This document shows positions 53,571-62,522 of a stretch of DNA of 64,000 nt, piece by piece; positions within the stretch are counted from its first letter, which is position 1, and the number at the start of each line of letters is the position of its first letter. The stretch comes from Burkholderiales bacterium (GTDB lineage Bacteria > Pseudomonadota > Gammaproteobacteria > Burkholderiales > Burkholderiaceae_F): contig OKRD01000013.1 in the NCBI GenBank assembly GCA_900290335.1, positions 23,329 to 87,328 on the forward strand, given 5' to 3'. A model generated the notes under the pieces. The model was not told the DNA's origin and ran no database searches. It saw only the letters and a program-made list of their open reading frames with translations. Made by a program: the position numbers and the translations under genes.

Positions 53571-54977
53571 TCAGACGATCTTCGAGTACGGCCGGCTGCG
53601 CCGGTCGTTGCGCAGATGGCGGTCAAAAACCATGGCCAGGGCCCGCACCAGCAGCTTGCCCTTGGGTGTCACGCTGATCCAATCCTGGCTGCACTCGACC
53701 AATCCGGCTTCCTGAAACGGTTCGAGCTCGGTCAGCTCGCTGGCAAAATACTGGTCGAAGTCCAGCAGATGCCCGGTCGCGATGGATTCCTTGGCAACCT
53801 GGAAATGGCACATCAAGGCCATGATCACGGCGCGCCGGACAAGATCGTCGGCATTGAGCTGGATGCCTCGCTGCGTCGGCAAGATCCCGCCGCGCAAGCT
53901 CTCGTAGTATTCCTCCAGCGCCCGGGCATTCTGCGCGTACGTCGGCCCGATCTTGCTGATCGCCGAGACGCCCAGGCCGATCAGATCGTAGTCGGGGCGC
54001 GTGCTGTACCCCTGGAAGTTGCGATGCAGCCGTCCCTGGCGCTGGGCGCGCGCCAGGTCGTCGTCGGCCTTGGCAAAATGGTCCATGCCGATGTATTCGT
54101 AGCCGGCAGCGCAGAGGCGCCGGATCGCATCGATCATGATCGTGAGTTTCTCCTGCGGCGAGGGAACGGCTTCGGTATCGATGCGCCGCTGGGGTTTGAA
54201 TCGCTCCGGCAGGTGCGCATAGTGGTAGAGCGCGATGCGGTCCGGGCTGAGCTCGAGCACGCGATCCAGGGTCACGGAGAAACTGGCGCTCGTCTGCTTG
54301 GGCAGACCGTAGATCAGGTCCAGGTTGATCGATTCAAAACCGGCAGCACGCGCCTCGTCGATGCTGGCGCGCGTGACTTCCAGGCTCTGTTCGCGGTTGA
54401 CGGCGAGCTGCACCTGGGCATCGAAGTCCTGCACGCCGATCGAGAGGCGGTTAAACCCCAGCGACGCCAGTGCGTGGATTTTCTCGGCCGGAGCCGTGCG
54501 CGGGTCGATCTCGATGCTATATTCGCCGCGCGGTGCAAAGGCAAAGCGCGCGCGCAGCAGCACCATGACCCGCTGCAGCTCCTCGCTGGACAGGTACGTC
54601 GGCGTTCCGCCACCCAGATGCAGCTGCTCTACCCGGCGTGCGCCGCTGAGCTTGGCGGCGACTAGGTCGATCTCCTTTTCCAGGAAGCCGAGGTATTCGA
54701 CGGCCTTGCTGTGGTCCTTGGTGACGATCTTGTTGCAGCCGCAGTAGTAGCAGACCGTATTGCAAAAAGGGATATGCACATACAGCGACAGGGGTCTTGC
54801 CCCCCCGGTGCTCGGCTCGGCCAACCAGCGTCCGTAGGCCTCGGCGTCGAAGGCCTCAATGAACCGGTCGGCCGTCGGATAGGAGGTGTAGCGCGGCCCC
54901 GGCTGGTCGAAACGGCGCAGCGTTGCCCGGTCCGGTAGTTCTACCAGTCCCTTGCCGAGGCTCGCTGGCTTGCTCAC
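53571..54977 (-). CDS. hemN: Oxygen-independent coproporphyrinogen III oxidase
   Basis: [15 protein letters not shown]...CYYCGC radical SAM motif, GGGTP and RNFQGY; GTG start inferred. Confidence 0.96.
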   Translation of the reverse strand: MSKPASLGKGLVELPDRATLRRFDQPGPRYTSYPTADRFIEAFDAEAYGRWLAEPSTGGARPLSLYVHIPFCNTVCYYCGCNKIVTKDHSKAVEYLGFLEKEIDLVAAKLSGARRVEQLHLGGGTPTYLSSEELQRVMVLLRARFAFAPRGEYSIEIDPRTAPAEKIHALASLGFNRLSIGVQDFDAQVQLAVNREQSLEVTRASIDEARAAGFESINLDLIYGLPKQTSASFSVTLDRVLELSPDRIALYHYAHLPERFKPQRRIDTEAVPSPQEKLTIMIDAIRRLCAAGYEYIGMDHFAKADDDLARAQRQGRLHRNFQGYSTRPDYDLIGLGVSAISKIGPTYAQNARALEEYYESLRGGILPTQRGIQLNADDLVRRAVIMALMCHFQVAKESIATGHLLDFDQYFASELTELEPFQEAGLVECSQDWISVTPKGKLLVRALAMVFDRHLRNDRRSRPYSKIV

Positions 54978-55204
54978 TGCTATATCTTCCAAGTGGTGCT
55001 CGCTTTCGGTTTTTCCCGCCGCGCGGTGCCTCTTTTCGACTGGCCGGCCACCCTCCCCGGGGGACCGCTGGTCAAGATCGCCCGGGAACTGCCGGGAACG
55101 CCGCGGCTGGCCAATAGGATCGCCGGGGCAGGCCCCGGAATCCAAGGACGGGAAGATCGTGAGGATATATGGCGAGTAATATCGCATTCTGCGCGACTGG
55201 GACC

Positions 55205-55218
55205 TTGACGAGCGTCAA
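55205..55218. promoter_or_regulatory. FNR/ANR box
   Basis: Palindrome TTGAC-GAGC-GTCAA between the divergent hemN and fnr genes. Confidence 0.8.
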
Positions 55219-55282
55219 CTCCGGTCGCGTCCGTGGCTCGCATTGGCTTCACCCTGTCCGCCGGAAATACCATGAGACTCTT

Positions 55283-56011
55283 ATGAACCTGGCCAATCTT
55301 CGTGTCGCCTGTTCCAATTGCAATTTGCGGGAGCTGTGTCTGCCCGTTGGCCTGTCGTCGGACGAATTCAGCCGCGTCGAGCAGATCGTCGCGACACGGC
55401 GCCGGATCCACCGAGGCGATTCGCTTTTCCGTGCCGGCGACCGGTTTGACTCGCTGTACGCGGTTCGCCTGGGATTCTTGAAGAGCACCTTGATGTCCAG
55501 CGACGGGCACGATCAAGTGACCGGATTCCACATGGCGGGCGAATTGGTGGGCCTGGACGGCATTTCCTCCGATTCCCACACCTGCGACGTCACCGCCTTG
55601 GAAGACACCGAGGTGTGCGTCATCCCCTACGAGCGCATCGAGGAGTTCGCCGCGACCCTGCCCGCGTTGCAGAACCACCTGCGCAAGGTCATGAGCCGGG
55701 AGATCGTGCGCGAGCATGGCGTCATGCTGCTGCTCGGCAGCATGCGGGCCGAGGAGCGGTTGGCGGCCTTCTTGCTCAATCTCTCGCAGCGGTTCGAGGC
55801 GCGCGGCTACTCGCGCTCGGAGTTCGTGCTGCGCATGACCCGCGCGGAAATAGGAAGCTTTCTGGGCTTGAAACTCGAGACCGTGAGCCGCGCCCTGTCG
55901 CACTTCGCCCAGGAACACCTGATCGAGGTCGATCAAAAGCATGTGCGCATTCTCGACGCCGACCGCCTGCGCGCCCTGCTGGGCTCGAGCGCACCCAAGC
56001 CCGAGCGCTAG
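55283..56011 (+). CDS. fnr: O2-sensing regulator Fnr/Anr
   Basis: CxxCxxxxxC plus a central Cys (VCVIP); HTH EIGSFLGLKLETVSR. Confidence 0.96.
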   Translation: MNLANLRVACSNCNLRELCLPVGLSSDEFSRVEQIVATRRRIHRGDSLFRAGDRFDSLYAVRLGFLKSTLMSSDGHDQVTGFHMAGELVGLDGISSDSHTCDVTALEDTEVCVIPYERIEEFAATLPALQNHLRKVMSREIVREHGVMLLLGSMRAEERLAAFLLNLSQRFEARGYSRSEFVLRMTRAEIGSFLGLKLETVSRALSHFAQEHLIEVDQKHVRILDADRLRALLGSSAPKPER

Positions 56012-56028
56012 GACCGGCAACCGGGCCA

Positions 56029-56841
56029 TCACCGTTTCGCGCTCCACCCTCCTTTGGCCAATCGGCGCTGGCCGGCGACCGTCGGACCCGGGTCGTCGGT
56101 CGCTCGGATCAGATCGATGCGATCCGTGCAAATGGCGTCCACCCCCCAGCTCCAAAGGGTCCTGGCCCGCCGCCGGTCGTTGACGGTGTAGCAAAGCAGA
56201 CCGTAGCCCCCAGAAGTGATCTCGTGCGCGAGCGCACGTGTCAGCTTGCGGTGGTCGCAGTGCAAAGACACGCAGGCGAGCGCTTGCAGCGCTTGGCGCC
56301 AATCCGGTGCGATGCTCGAGAACAGCAAGCCTCGTGCAAGCTGCGGTGCGCTCCGGCGCGCCGCCTCCAGTGCCGAGCGCGAGAACGAGGAGAGCAGCGG
56401 CGCGGCAAGGTCCGTCGGGCCGGCGTCGGCCCAGAAGCGGGCGACGGCTTCGGCAACGAGTTGCCCGGTGCGCGCTTCCCGGCCCGCCAGCGGCTTGATC
56501 TCGACGTTGAGCCAGATTCCACGTTCGGTGCAGTGGCGCAGCGCCTGCAAAAGGGTGGGAATGCGGACATTGGCAAAATCGGGGTGAAACCAGCTGCCGG
56601 CATCGAGCGCCGCGAGCTCGGCAACGGTCTTGGCCGCTACCGACCCGCGGCCATCCGTGGTGCGCTCGAGGCTGGAGTCGTGCAAGAGCACGGGCACCTC
56701 ATCGGCGCACAGCACGGCATCGACCTCCGCCGCGCGGTAGCCGTGCCGCAAGCCGACCTCGAATGCGGCAAGGGTATTTTCCGGAGCCAGTCTTCCACCG
56801 CCGCGATGCGCCACCAGGCGCGGGTACGGCCAGTGCGCCAT
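56029..56841 (-). CDS. ugpQ: Glycerophosphodiester phosphodiesterase
   Basis: WPYP..VAHRGGG..APENT, EVD, HD, NVEIK, YTVN and ICTD. Confidence 0.93.
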   Translation of the reverse strand: MAHWPYPRLVAHRGGGRLAPENTLAAFEVGLRHGYRAAEVDAVLCADEVPVLLHDSSLERTTDGRGSVAAKTVAELAALDAGSWFHPDFANVRIPTLLQALRHCTERGIWLNVEIKPLAGREARTGQLVAEAVARFWADAGPTDLAAPLLSSFSRSALEAARRSAPQLARGLLFSSIAPDWRQALQALACVSLHCDHRKLTRALAHEITSGGYGLLCYTVNDRRRARTLWSWGVDAICTDRIDLIRATDDPGPTVAGQRRLAKGGWSAKR

Positions 56842-56850
56842 GGCTTGCGC

Positions 56851-58092
56851 TCAGGTAGCGGTTGGCGAGGCGATGAGCACCGCGTTGCTGCCGCCGAAGG
56901 CAAAGGAATTCGACATGACGTGCCGGAGCCGCACCCCCTGCCGCGCGCGATTGGGGACGTAATCCAGATCACAGGCCGGGTCTGGCTGGTGCAAATTGAT
57001 GGTGGGCGGCAAGAAACCGTGCTGCATCGCGAGCACGCTGGCGATGAACTCGACCGCACCCGTTGCTCCCATCAGGTGTCCGTGCATCGATTTGGTCGAT
57101 GACACCGCCAGGCTCTTCGCGTGGCCGCCGAATACGCGCTTGATCGCCTCGGTTTCAGCAACGTCGCCGGCAAGTGTCGCCGTGCCGTGCGCATTTACGT
57201 AATCGATGTCCGAGCTCTGCAGCCCCGCATCCGCAAGGGCCGCCTGTATTGCCGCGGCCTGCCCGGTCGGATCGGGCTTGGTCATGTGGCTCGCATCGGT
57301 ACTCGTGCCATAGCCGCTCAGGCGCGCATGGATCGTCGCCCCGCGGGCACGTGCATGGTTCTCCTCTTCGAGAATGACGAATCCGGCGCCCTCCGAGAGT
57401 ACCAAGCCGGTGCGATCGGCAGCAAACGGCCGGCATGCCGTCGACGGATCGGCCGGGTCCGGAATCGCCAAGGTCCGCATGGCTTGCCAGGCGGCGATCG
57501 CGCCGTAGGTCAGCAGGGCCTCGGTTCCGCCGGCGATGGCGACGTCGGCGCGACCGCTGCCGATCGCCCGTTGTGCCTCCCCGATGGCGATCGCTGATGA
57601 GGAACACGCCGTCGAATACGTGAGGCTTTGTCCATGGCAGCCAAAATCGATCGCGATGTGCGCGGCCGCCGCGTTGTTCATGCCCTTGACCACGATCAGC
57701 GGATTGATCCTCGCGCCGCCTCGCAGAAGCAGCTCCTCGTAGCCCTTTTCCACGGACTCCGAACCACCCATACCGGTGCCGACGTAAACGATCGCGCGGC
57801 CCAGGCAGGGATGCCCTGCGAGGCCCGCGTCGGCGACCGCCTCGTGGGCCGCGATCAAAGCAAAAGCGCTGAAGCGGTCAATTCCGGCAAGCCGGCTTCG
57901 GGGAACGGACGTCTCGGCCGGCAGGTCGACGACACCAAAGGCATTGTGCGCCAGCCGGTCGGAAAAAGCGGTGTGCAACGCACGGATTCCCGATCGACCG
58001 CTTTGCAGCCCCGCAAGGAAGGCGGGGGTGCCATTGCCGATCGGGCTCACAACGCCGAGGCCGGTCACGCAAACCGTACGGAATCCAGTCAT
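56851..58092 (-). CDS. Beta-ketoacyl-ACP synthase II-like enzyme (FabF paralog)
   Basis: Intact Cys-His-His triad: TACSS, NAHGTAT and STKSMHGH; SNSFAFGG. Confidence 0.93.
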   Translation of the reverse strand: MTGFRTVCVTGLGVVSPIGNGTPAFLAGLQSGRSGIRALHTAFSDRLAHNAFGVVDLPAETSVPRSRLAGIDRFSAFALIAAHEAVADAGLAGHPCLGRAIVYVGTGMGGSESVEKGYEELLLRGGARINPLIVVKGMNNAAAAHIAIDFGCHGQSLTYSTACSSSAIAIGEAQRAIGSGRADVAIAGGTEALLTYGAIAAWQAMRTLAIPDPADPSTACRPFAADRTGLVLSEGAGFVILEEENHARARGATIHARLSGYGTSTDASHMTKPDPTGQAAAIQAALADAGLQSSDIDYVNAHGTATLAGDVAETEAIKRVFGGHAKSLAVSSTKSMHGHLMGATGAVEFIASVLAMQHGFLPPTINLHQPDPACDLDYVPNRARQGVRLRHVMSNSFAFGGSNAVLIASPTAT

Positions 58093-58119
58093 GGCGCGGG
58101 TCGTTCCGTGTCGCGGAGT

Positions 58120-58151
58120 GGCGCCACCGCGGCGGCTGGAGCGGTGGCGCC
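58120..58151. repeat. Perfect 11-bp inverted repeat between the ACP and FabF-like genes
   Basis: GGCGCCACCGC-N10-GCGGTGGCGCC. Confidence 0.6.
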
Positions 58152-58197
58152 GTGGTAAAGATGTGCAGCGTAACGCAAGAACCCGGGCGGGTGCGTA

Positions 58198-58458
58198 TTA
58201 GGCCTGCGCGGGCTGCTGCTCGCGGACCGCGCGCTCGATCTCCGCCACGACATCGGCGACCGTCACCAACGGTGCTCGGGAATCGGCCATGCGGACGTTG
58301 AACTTCTCTTCCATCTGGAACATGAATTCGATCATCGCGAGCGAGTCGATTCCGAAGCTGGCAATCTCGGTCTCCGGTGTCAGCTTGCTCAGATCGATGC
58401 CGAAATGCTCGGCGATCAGCCCTTTGATTCTATCTGCCAGGTCGGCGTTCATCGACAT
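58198..58458 (-). CDS. Acyl carrier protein (secondary)
   Basis: FGIDSL phosphopantetheine site in an acidic 86 aa protein. Its ATG directly follows the upstream TAA. Confidence 0.9.
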   Translation of the reverse strand: MSMNADLADRIKGLIAEHFGIDLSKLTPETEIASFGIDSLAMIEFMFQMEEKFNVRMADSRAPLVTVADVVAEIERAVREQQPAQA

Positions 58459-59317
58459 TTATGCTACCGAGAGGAGCTTGGGCTTGATGCCCTCGCCAGA
58501 TTCGCCGGAACGCGTCGACCCCGCACCCGCCGCGCCGCGGAAGAACCCGATCGTCTCATCGGCAACGGACTCCTTGTCATTATCGATCGTGAGTATATGG
58601 TAACTATTGTGGTACAGGATTGTACGCACTTGGCTCGATCCAATGTTCAGTGCCACGAACTCGGCGCTGCGCGGACTGGCGACGTCATCCTCGATTGCAT
58701 GCATGATCAAGGCGGGCGCGCGCACTCGGGAAATGTCGCGGCGCACGGCGCCGATCAACTGGTGCGCCTCGTGGATGCCGGAGAGCGGCAGGTAGGCGGA
58801 TCCGACCGCCGAAACCCCGTGCGAGTACGACCCACTCGCGCAGCCGCTCGTTCTTCAAGCCATAGGGAGGGCGTTCGGGCCAGGCAATCATGCGGCGCAG
58901 CGGGGTGTGATACGCGAGCGGCGCCAGCACCCGGTACCAGGGCATCTGCCATCCGTCGTAGGCAAGCGTGGTCGACACCAGTGCCAGCCCTGCCACTTGC
59001 TGGGGCCGTTCGATGGCAAGGCGCAGCGCCAGGACCGCGCCGATGCACAGGCCGGCAACGTACACGCGCTCGTGATCATGGCTCAGCGCATCGAGCTCCC
59101 CCGAAACGAATGCCACCCACTGGCGCCAGGTGCCGGTGTCAAACCGGTCCTCGCGCGTGCCGAACCCGCACCCCGGGATGCTCGGGTTGTGGGCAAGGAA
59201 TCCGGCTTCGCGCATGCGTCGCTCCAAGTACTGCATTTCCAGGGGGCTGCCCGAAAGACCATGCAGCAGAAGCACCGCGTCCTGGCGAGAGCGTTTTGAA
59301 GCCAATTTGACAACCAT
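58459..59317 (-). pseudogene. Alpha/beta-hydrolase with a Cys nucleophile elbow, frameshifted near 58825
   Basis: The first frame carries LLHGLSG, GLCIGA and PYGLKNERLREWV. Homology continues in a shifted frame as HGVSAVGSAYLPL...MHAIEDD...NSYHILTID to the TAA at 58459. Confidence 0.8.
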
Positions 59318-59643
59318 GAGAATCTTTCAACTTTTTACACAAGCAGACGCCAGACGAGGCATCCAAGCAACCTCAATTTTACATGCTTGTGCTATGAGAA
59401 GCGCCCCATACGACGACCGTTCCGCTCTCCATACGCATTAGCGGATCAGCGGTTCGGCCCGGCGAACACGACCCAATCGACAAGAAGACGCATTCCCCTG
59501 TAAAAATGCCAGAGCGCGCCGATATCCCACCGAATGCGCGCCCTCAAAGGAGACAAAACGGCGGCAGGAAAGTTCCCCGCCATTAAGATCTCCAAAGAAT
59601 GCTTGGCCGCATCAGGCCCGCAATCCGACGAACGCCCTCGACG

Positions 59644-61269
59644 ATGAGCGACAGCGCTTTTTCCTGGCAAAACCCGTACCCGAGCGTGCGCACGCCGGTA
59701 TTCGCGCGCAACCTGGTTGCAAGCTCGCAACCACTTGCCGCCAGCGCGGGGCTTCGTGTCCTGGCACGCGGCGGCAACGCCGTCGATGCCGCCGTGGCCA
59801 GCGCCGCAGTCATCGCGCTGACCGAACCCTGCTCCAACGGACTCGGATCCGACCTGTTTGCGCTGGTCTGGGACAAGGGCCGGTTGCACGGACTCAATGC
59901 GAGCGGCACCGCGCCCGCAGCTTGGACCCGGTCCTACTTTGCCAATCGTTACGGCGACGACTGCGCCGCCAATCGGCCGATCCGTGGCTGGGACACCGTA
60001 ACCGTACCTGGCGCGGTAGCGGGCTGGTGTGCTCTGCATGACCGCTTTGGCCGGCTGGCGTTGGACACCGTCCTAGCGCCCGCGATGGCATACGCCGAGC
60101 GCGGCTTCGCCGTTGGTCCGATCACCCAGGAGAAGTGGCGCCGTGGCGCGGCGCTGCTCGCCGACCAGCCCGGCTTTGCCGAGCACTTCTTGCCGCGCGG
60201 ACGTGCTCCGGCCGTCGGCGAGCACGTCACGATACCGGGCGCGGCTCGGACCCTGCGAAGCATCGCGATCACCAACGGAGACGCCTTCTATCGCGGCGAG
60301 ATCGCGGCCTCGATTGCCAACTTTGCCCGCGCCGGCGGCGGGGCGCTGCGCGAGTCGGATCTGGCCAGCTTTGTGCCCCAATGGGTCGAGCCGATCGCAA
60401 CGCCGTTCCATGGGTGCGAGGTGCACCAGATTCCTCCCAATGGCCAGGGAATCGCGGCGCTGATGTGCCTGGGAATCCTGCGCCATACCGACATGGCCGC
60501 CTATCCGGTCGACTCGGCGGACTGGCATCACGTCGCCATCGAGGCGATGAAACTCGCCTTCGCGGATGTCTACGCGCACGTCGCCGATCCGGCGGCCATG
60601 CAAGTGAGCAGCGAGCAGTTGCTCGACGATGGCTACCTGCGCAGCCGCGCCGCACGCATCGACATGCGGCAGGCACAGGCGTTCGCCAGCGGCATGGCAC
60701 CGCGCGGCGGCACGATCTACCTGAGCACCGCCGACGAGGCCGGCATGATGGTGAGCCTGATCCAATCCAACTACATGGGCTTTGGCTCGGGAGTCGTCGT
60801 CCCCGGCTGGGGCATCGCGCTGCAGAACCGGGGGCACGCGTTTTCGCTCGACCCCTCCCATCCCAATTGCGTAGCGCCGGGCAAGCGGCCGTTTCACACG
60901 ATCATTCCCGGGTTCCTGACCTGCGCAGGACAGCCGACGATGAGTTTCGGTGTCATGGGAGGAAACATGCAGCCCCAAGGTCAGGTGCAGGCGTTATGCC
61001 GTATGCTGCTCGCGCGCCAGCAGCCGCAGGCCGCCTGCGATGCCCCGCGTTGGAAATGGAACCAAGGGCTGGACGTCGAATTGGAAGGATCGATGGATCC
61101 GATCGCGTGCGCGGAACTGGCCCGCCGGGGGCACCGGATCGTCACGGTCGAGGATTCCTACATGGATTTCGGATCCGGTCAGTTCATCTGGCGTCTGGGC
61201 GATCCCTCACGCGAGGGGTACGTCGCCGCGAGCGACAGCCGTCGCGATGGCCAAGCCTGCGGCTTTTGA
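59644..61269 (+). CDS. Gamma-glutamyltransferase-family (Ntn hydrolase) protein
   Basis: GGNAVDAA, PPNGQG, nucleophile GGTIY, SLIQSNY.GFGSG, RPFHTIIP and GVMGG..QPQG. Confidence 0.93.
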   Translation: MSDSAFSWQNPYPSVRTPVFARNLVASSQPLAASAGLRVLARGGNAVDAAVASAAVIALTEPCSNGLGSDLFALVWDKGRLHGLNASGTAPAAWTRSYFANRYGDDCAANRPIRGWDTVTVPGAVAGWCALHDRFGRLALDTVLAPAMAYAERGFAVGPITQEKWRRGAALLADQPGFAEHFLPRGRAPAVGEHVTIPGAARTLRSIAITNGDAFYRGEIAASIANFARAGGGALRESDLASFVPQWVEPIATPFHGCEVHQIPPNGQGIAALMCLGILRHTDMAAYPVDSADWHHVAIEAMKLAFADVYAHVADPAAMQVSSEQLLDDGYLRSRAARIDMRQAQAFASGMAPRGGTIYLSTADEAGMMVSLIQSNYMGFGSGVVVPGWGIALQNRGHAFSLDPSHPNCVAPGKRPFHTIIPGFLTCAGQPTMSFGVMGGNMQPQGQVQALCRMLLARQQPQAACDAPRWKWNQGLDVELEGSMDPIACAELARRGHRIVTVEDSYMDFGSGQFIWRLGDPSREGYVAASDSRRDGQACGF

Positions 61270-61322
61270 GTGGCAACAGGCCTACCGGTTCGCGCGCCAT
61301 CGACCGCACCCCTGGATCCGGC

Positions 61323-61706
61323 ATGACGGCCGTCATCAGCCAACCCGCTCCCCGGGCCATCGCCTTCCTCGGCCTGGGCGCAATGGGCTATCCGATGGCA
61401 GGGCACCTGGCGCGCGCCGGACATCCGGTCACGGTCTATAACCGCTCGCCAGAGCGGGCGCAAAGCTGGCAGATGGAACATCGCGCGCCGACCATGATTG
61501 CGGGAGATTTCGACTTCGGCTTTTCCGTCAAGTGGATGCGCAAGGACCTGGCCCTCTGTCTGGAGGAGGCGCGACGCAACGGAGCCTCACTGCCGCTGGC
61601 CGCGCTGATCGATCAGTTCTACGCCGAAATCGAGGCGCTGGGCGGCGCGCGCTGGGATAGCTCCTCGCTGATCCAGCGGCTGCGCCACGCAAGCGCCAGA
61701 TCCTGA
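61323..61706 (+). pseudogene. 3-hydroxyisobutyrate/2-hydroxy-3-oxopropionate dehydrogenase-family gene with a large in-frame internal deletion
   Basis: The N-terminal FLGLGAMGYPMAGHL..VYNRS is fused directly to the C-terminal AQSWQMEHR..FDFGF.V.WMRKDL. It is 127 aa, against roughly 290-300 aa typical for the family. Confidence 0.82.
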
Positions 61707-61748
61707 TGACCGCTCGGCCAGGGCGTACAGCGGCGTGATCTCGTGACC

Positions 61749-62330
61749 ATGGACCAAAAGAACACTGCCCAGGAAATTGCCGGGTTGCGGACGACACTGT
61801 TGCGGGTCGCGCGCCTGCAGCTGCGCAACGATACCTGGGCCGAGGACGCCGTCTCCGAGACCATGGTCGCGGCAATCGAAGGACTGGCCGCGTTCGACGG
61901 CAGATCGCAGGTCCGGACCTGGGTGATCGGGATACTCAAGCACAAGATCATCGATCAATTTCGCCGGCGCAGCCGCGAGGTATCCATGGAATCACAGCAG
62001 GAGCTGGCCGATGGGGACGCGCTCGAGGACCTGTTCGACCACAGCGGGCATCGGGTTGCGGCTCCCCTGGAATGGGGCGATCCGGAGGCCAATATGTCGC
62101 GCGGCGAGTTCTTCGCGGTACTGCAGGCCTGTATCGATCAGTTGCCGGCGCCGCTGGGCCGGATCTTCCTGCTGCGCGAGTGGCTCGAGTTTGATACCTC
62201 GGAGATATGTAAGGAAATGAAAGTGACGTCGACTAACTGTTTCGTCATGCTGTACCGGGCGCGGCTGCGCCTGCGTGAGTGCCTGGACTTGAACTGGTTC
62301 GCGGGGGAAGGCGCACCTCACCATGGCTAA
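61749..62330 (+). CDS. ECF-family RNA polymerase sigma factor
   Basis: AEDAVSET, F.GRS...TW..GILKHKIID, F.LREWL...T.EIC and V.LYRAR.RLR.CL. Confidence 0.92.
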   Translation: MDQKNTAQEIAGLRTTLLRVARLQLRNDTWAEDAVSETMVAAIEGLAAFDGRSQVRTWVIGILKHKIIDQFRRRSREVSMESQQELADGDALEDLFDHSGHRVAAPLEWGDPEANMSRGEFFAVLQACIDQLPAPLGRIFLLREWLEFDTSEICKEMKVTSTNCFVMLYRARLRLRECLDLNWFAGEGAPHHG

Positions 62331-62505
62331 ATTGTTCATCAACTGCCGCCAGGCGCACTGGTTACTGTCGCAGCAGTGCGACACGCGGCTGCGCTGGTAC
62401 GAACGCCTGGCCCTGCGCATCCACCTTCGCGCTTGCGACTGGTGCAGCATCGTGGCGCGCAACTTCGCTTATCTGTCGCGCGCAGCGCGGCATCTGGACC
62501 GCTGA
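62323..62505 (+). CDS. Small zinc-binding (zf-HC2/ZAS) anti-sigma factor
   Basis: NC...L.S and HLRACDWC (HxxxCxxC); overlaps the sigma gene's stop. Confidence 0.85.
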   Translation: MAKLFINCRQAHWLLSQQCDTRLRWYERLALRIHLRACDWCSIVARNFAYLSRAARHLDR

Positions 62506-62522
62506 CGTAGCGCGGCACGCTC

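Noticed and set aside
60135-61706. 523-aa ORF suggesting a long fusion ending in the dehydrogenase
   Set aside because: The upstream part is an alternative frame within the GGT gene; homology starts only at ATG 61323.
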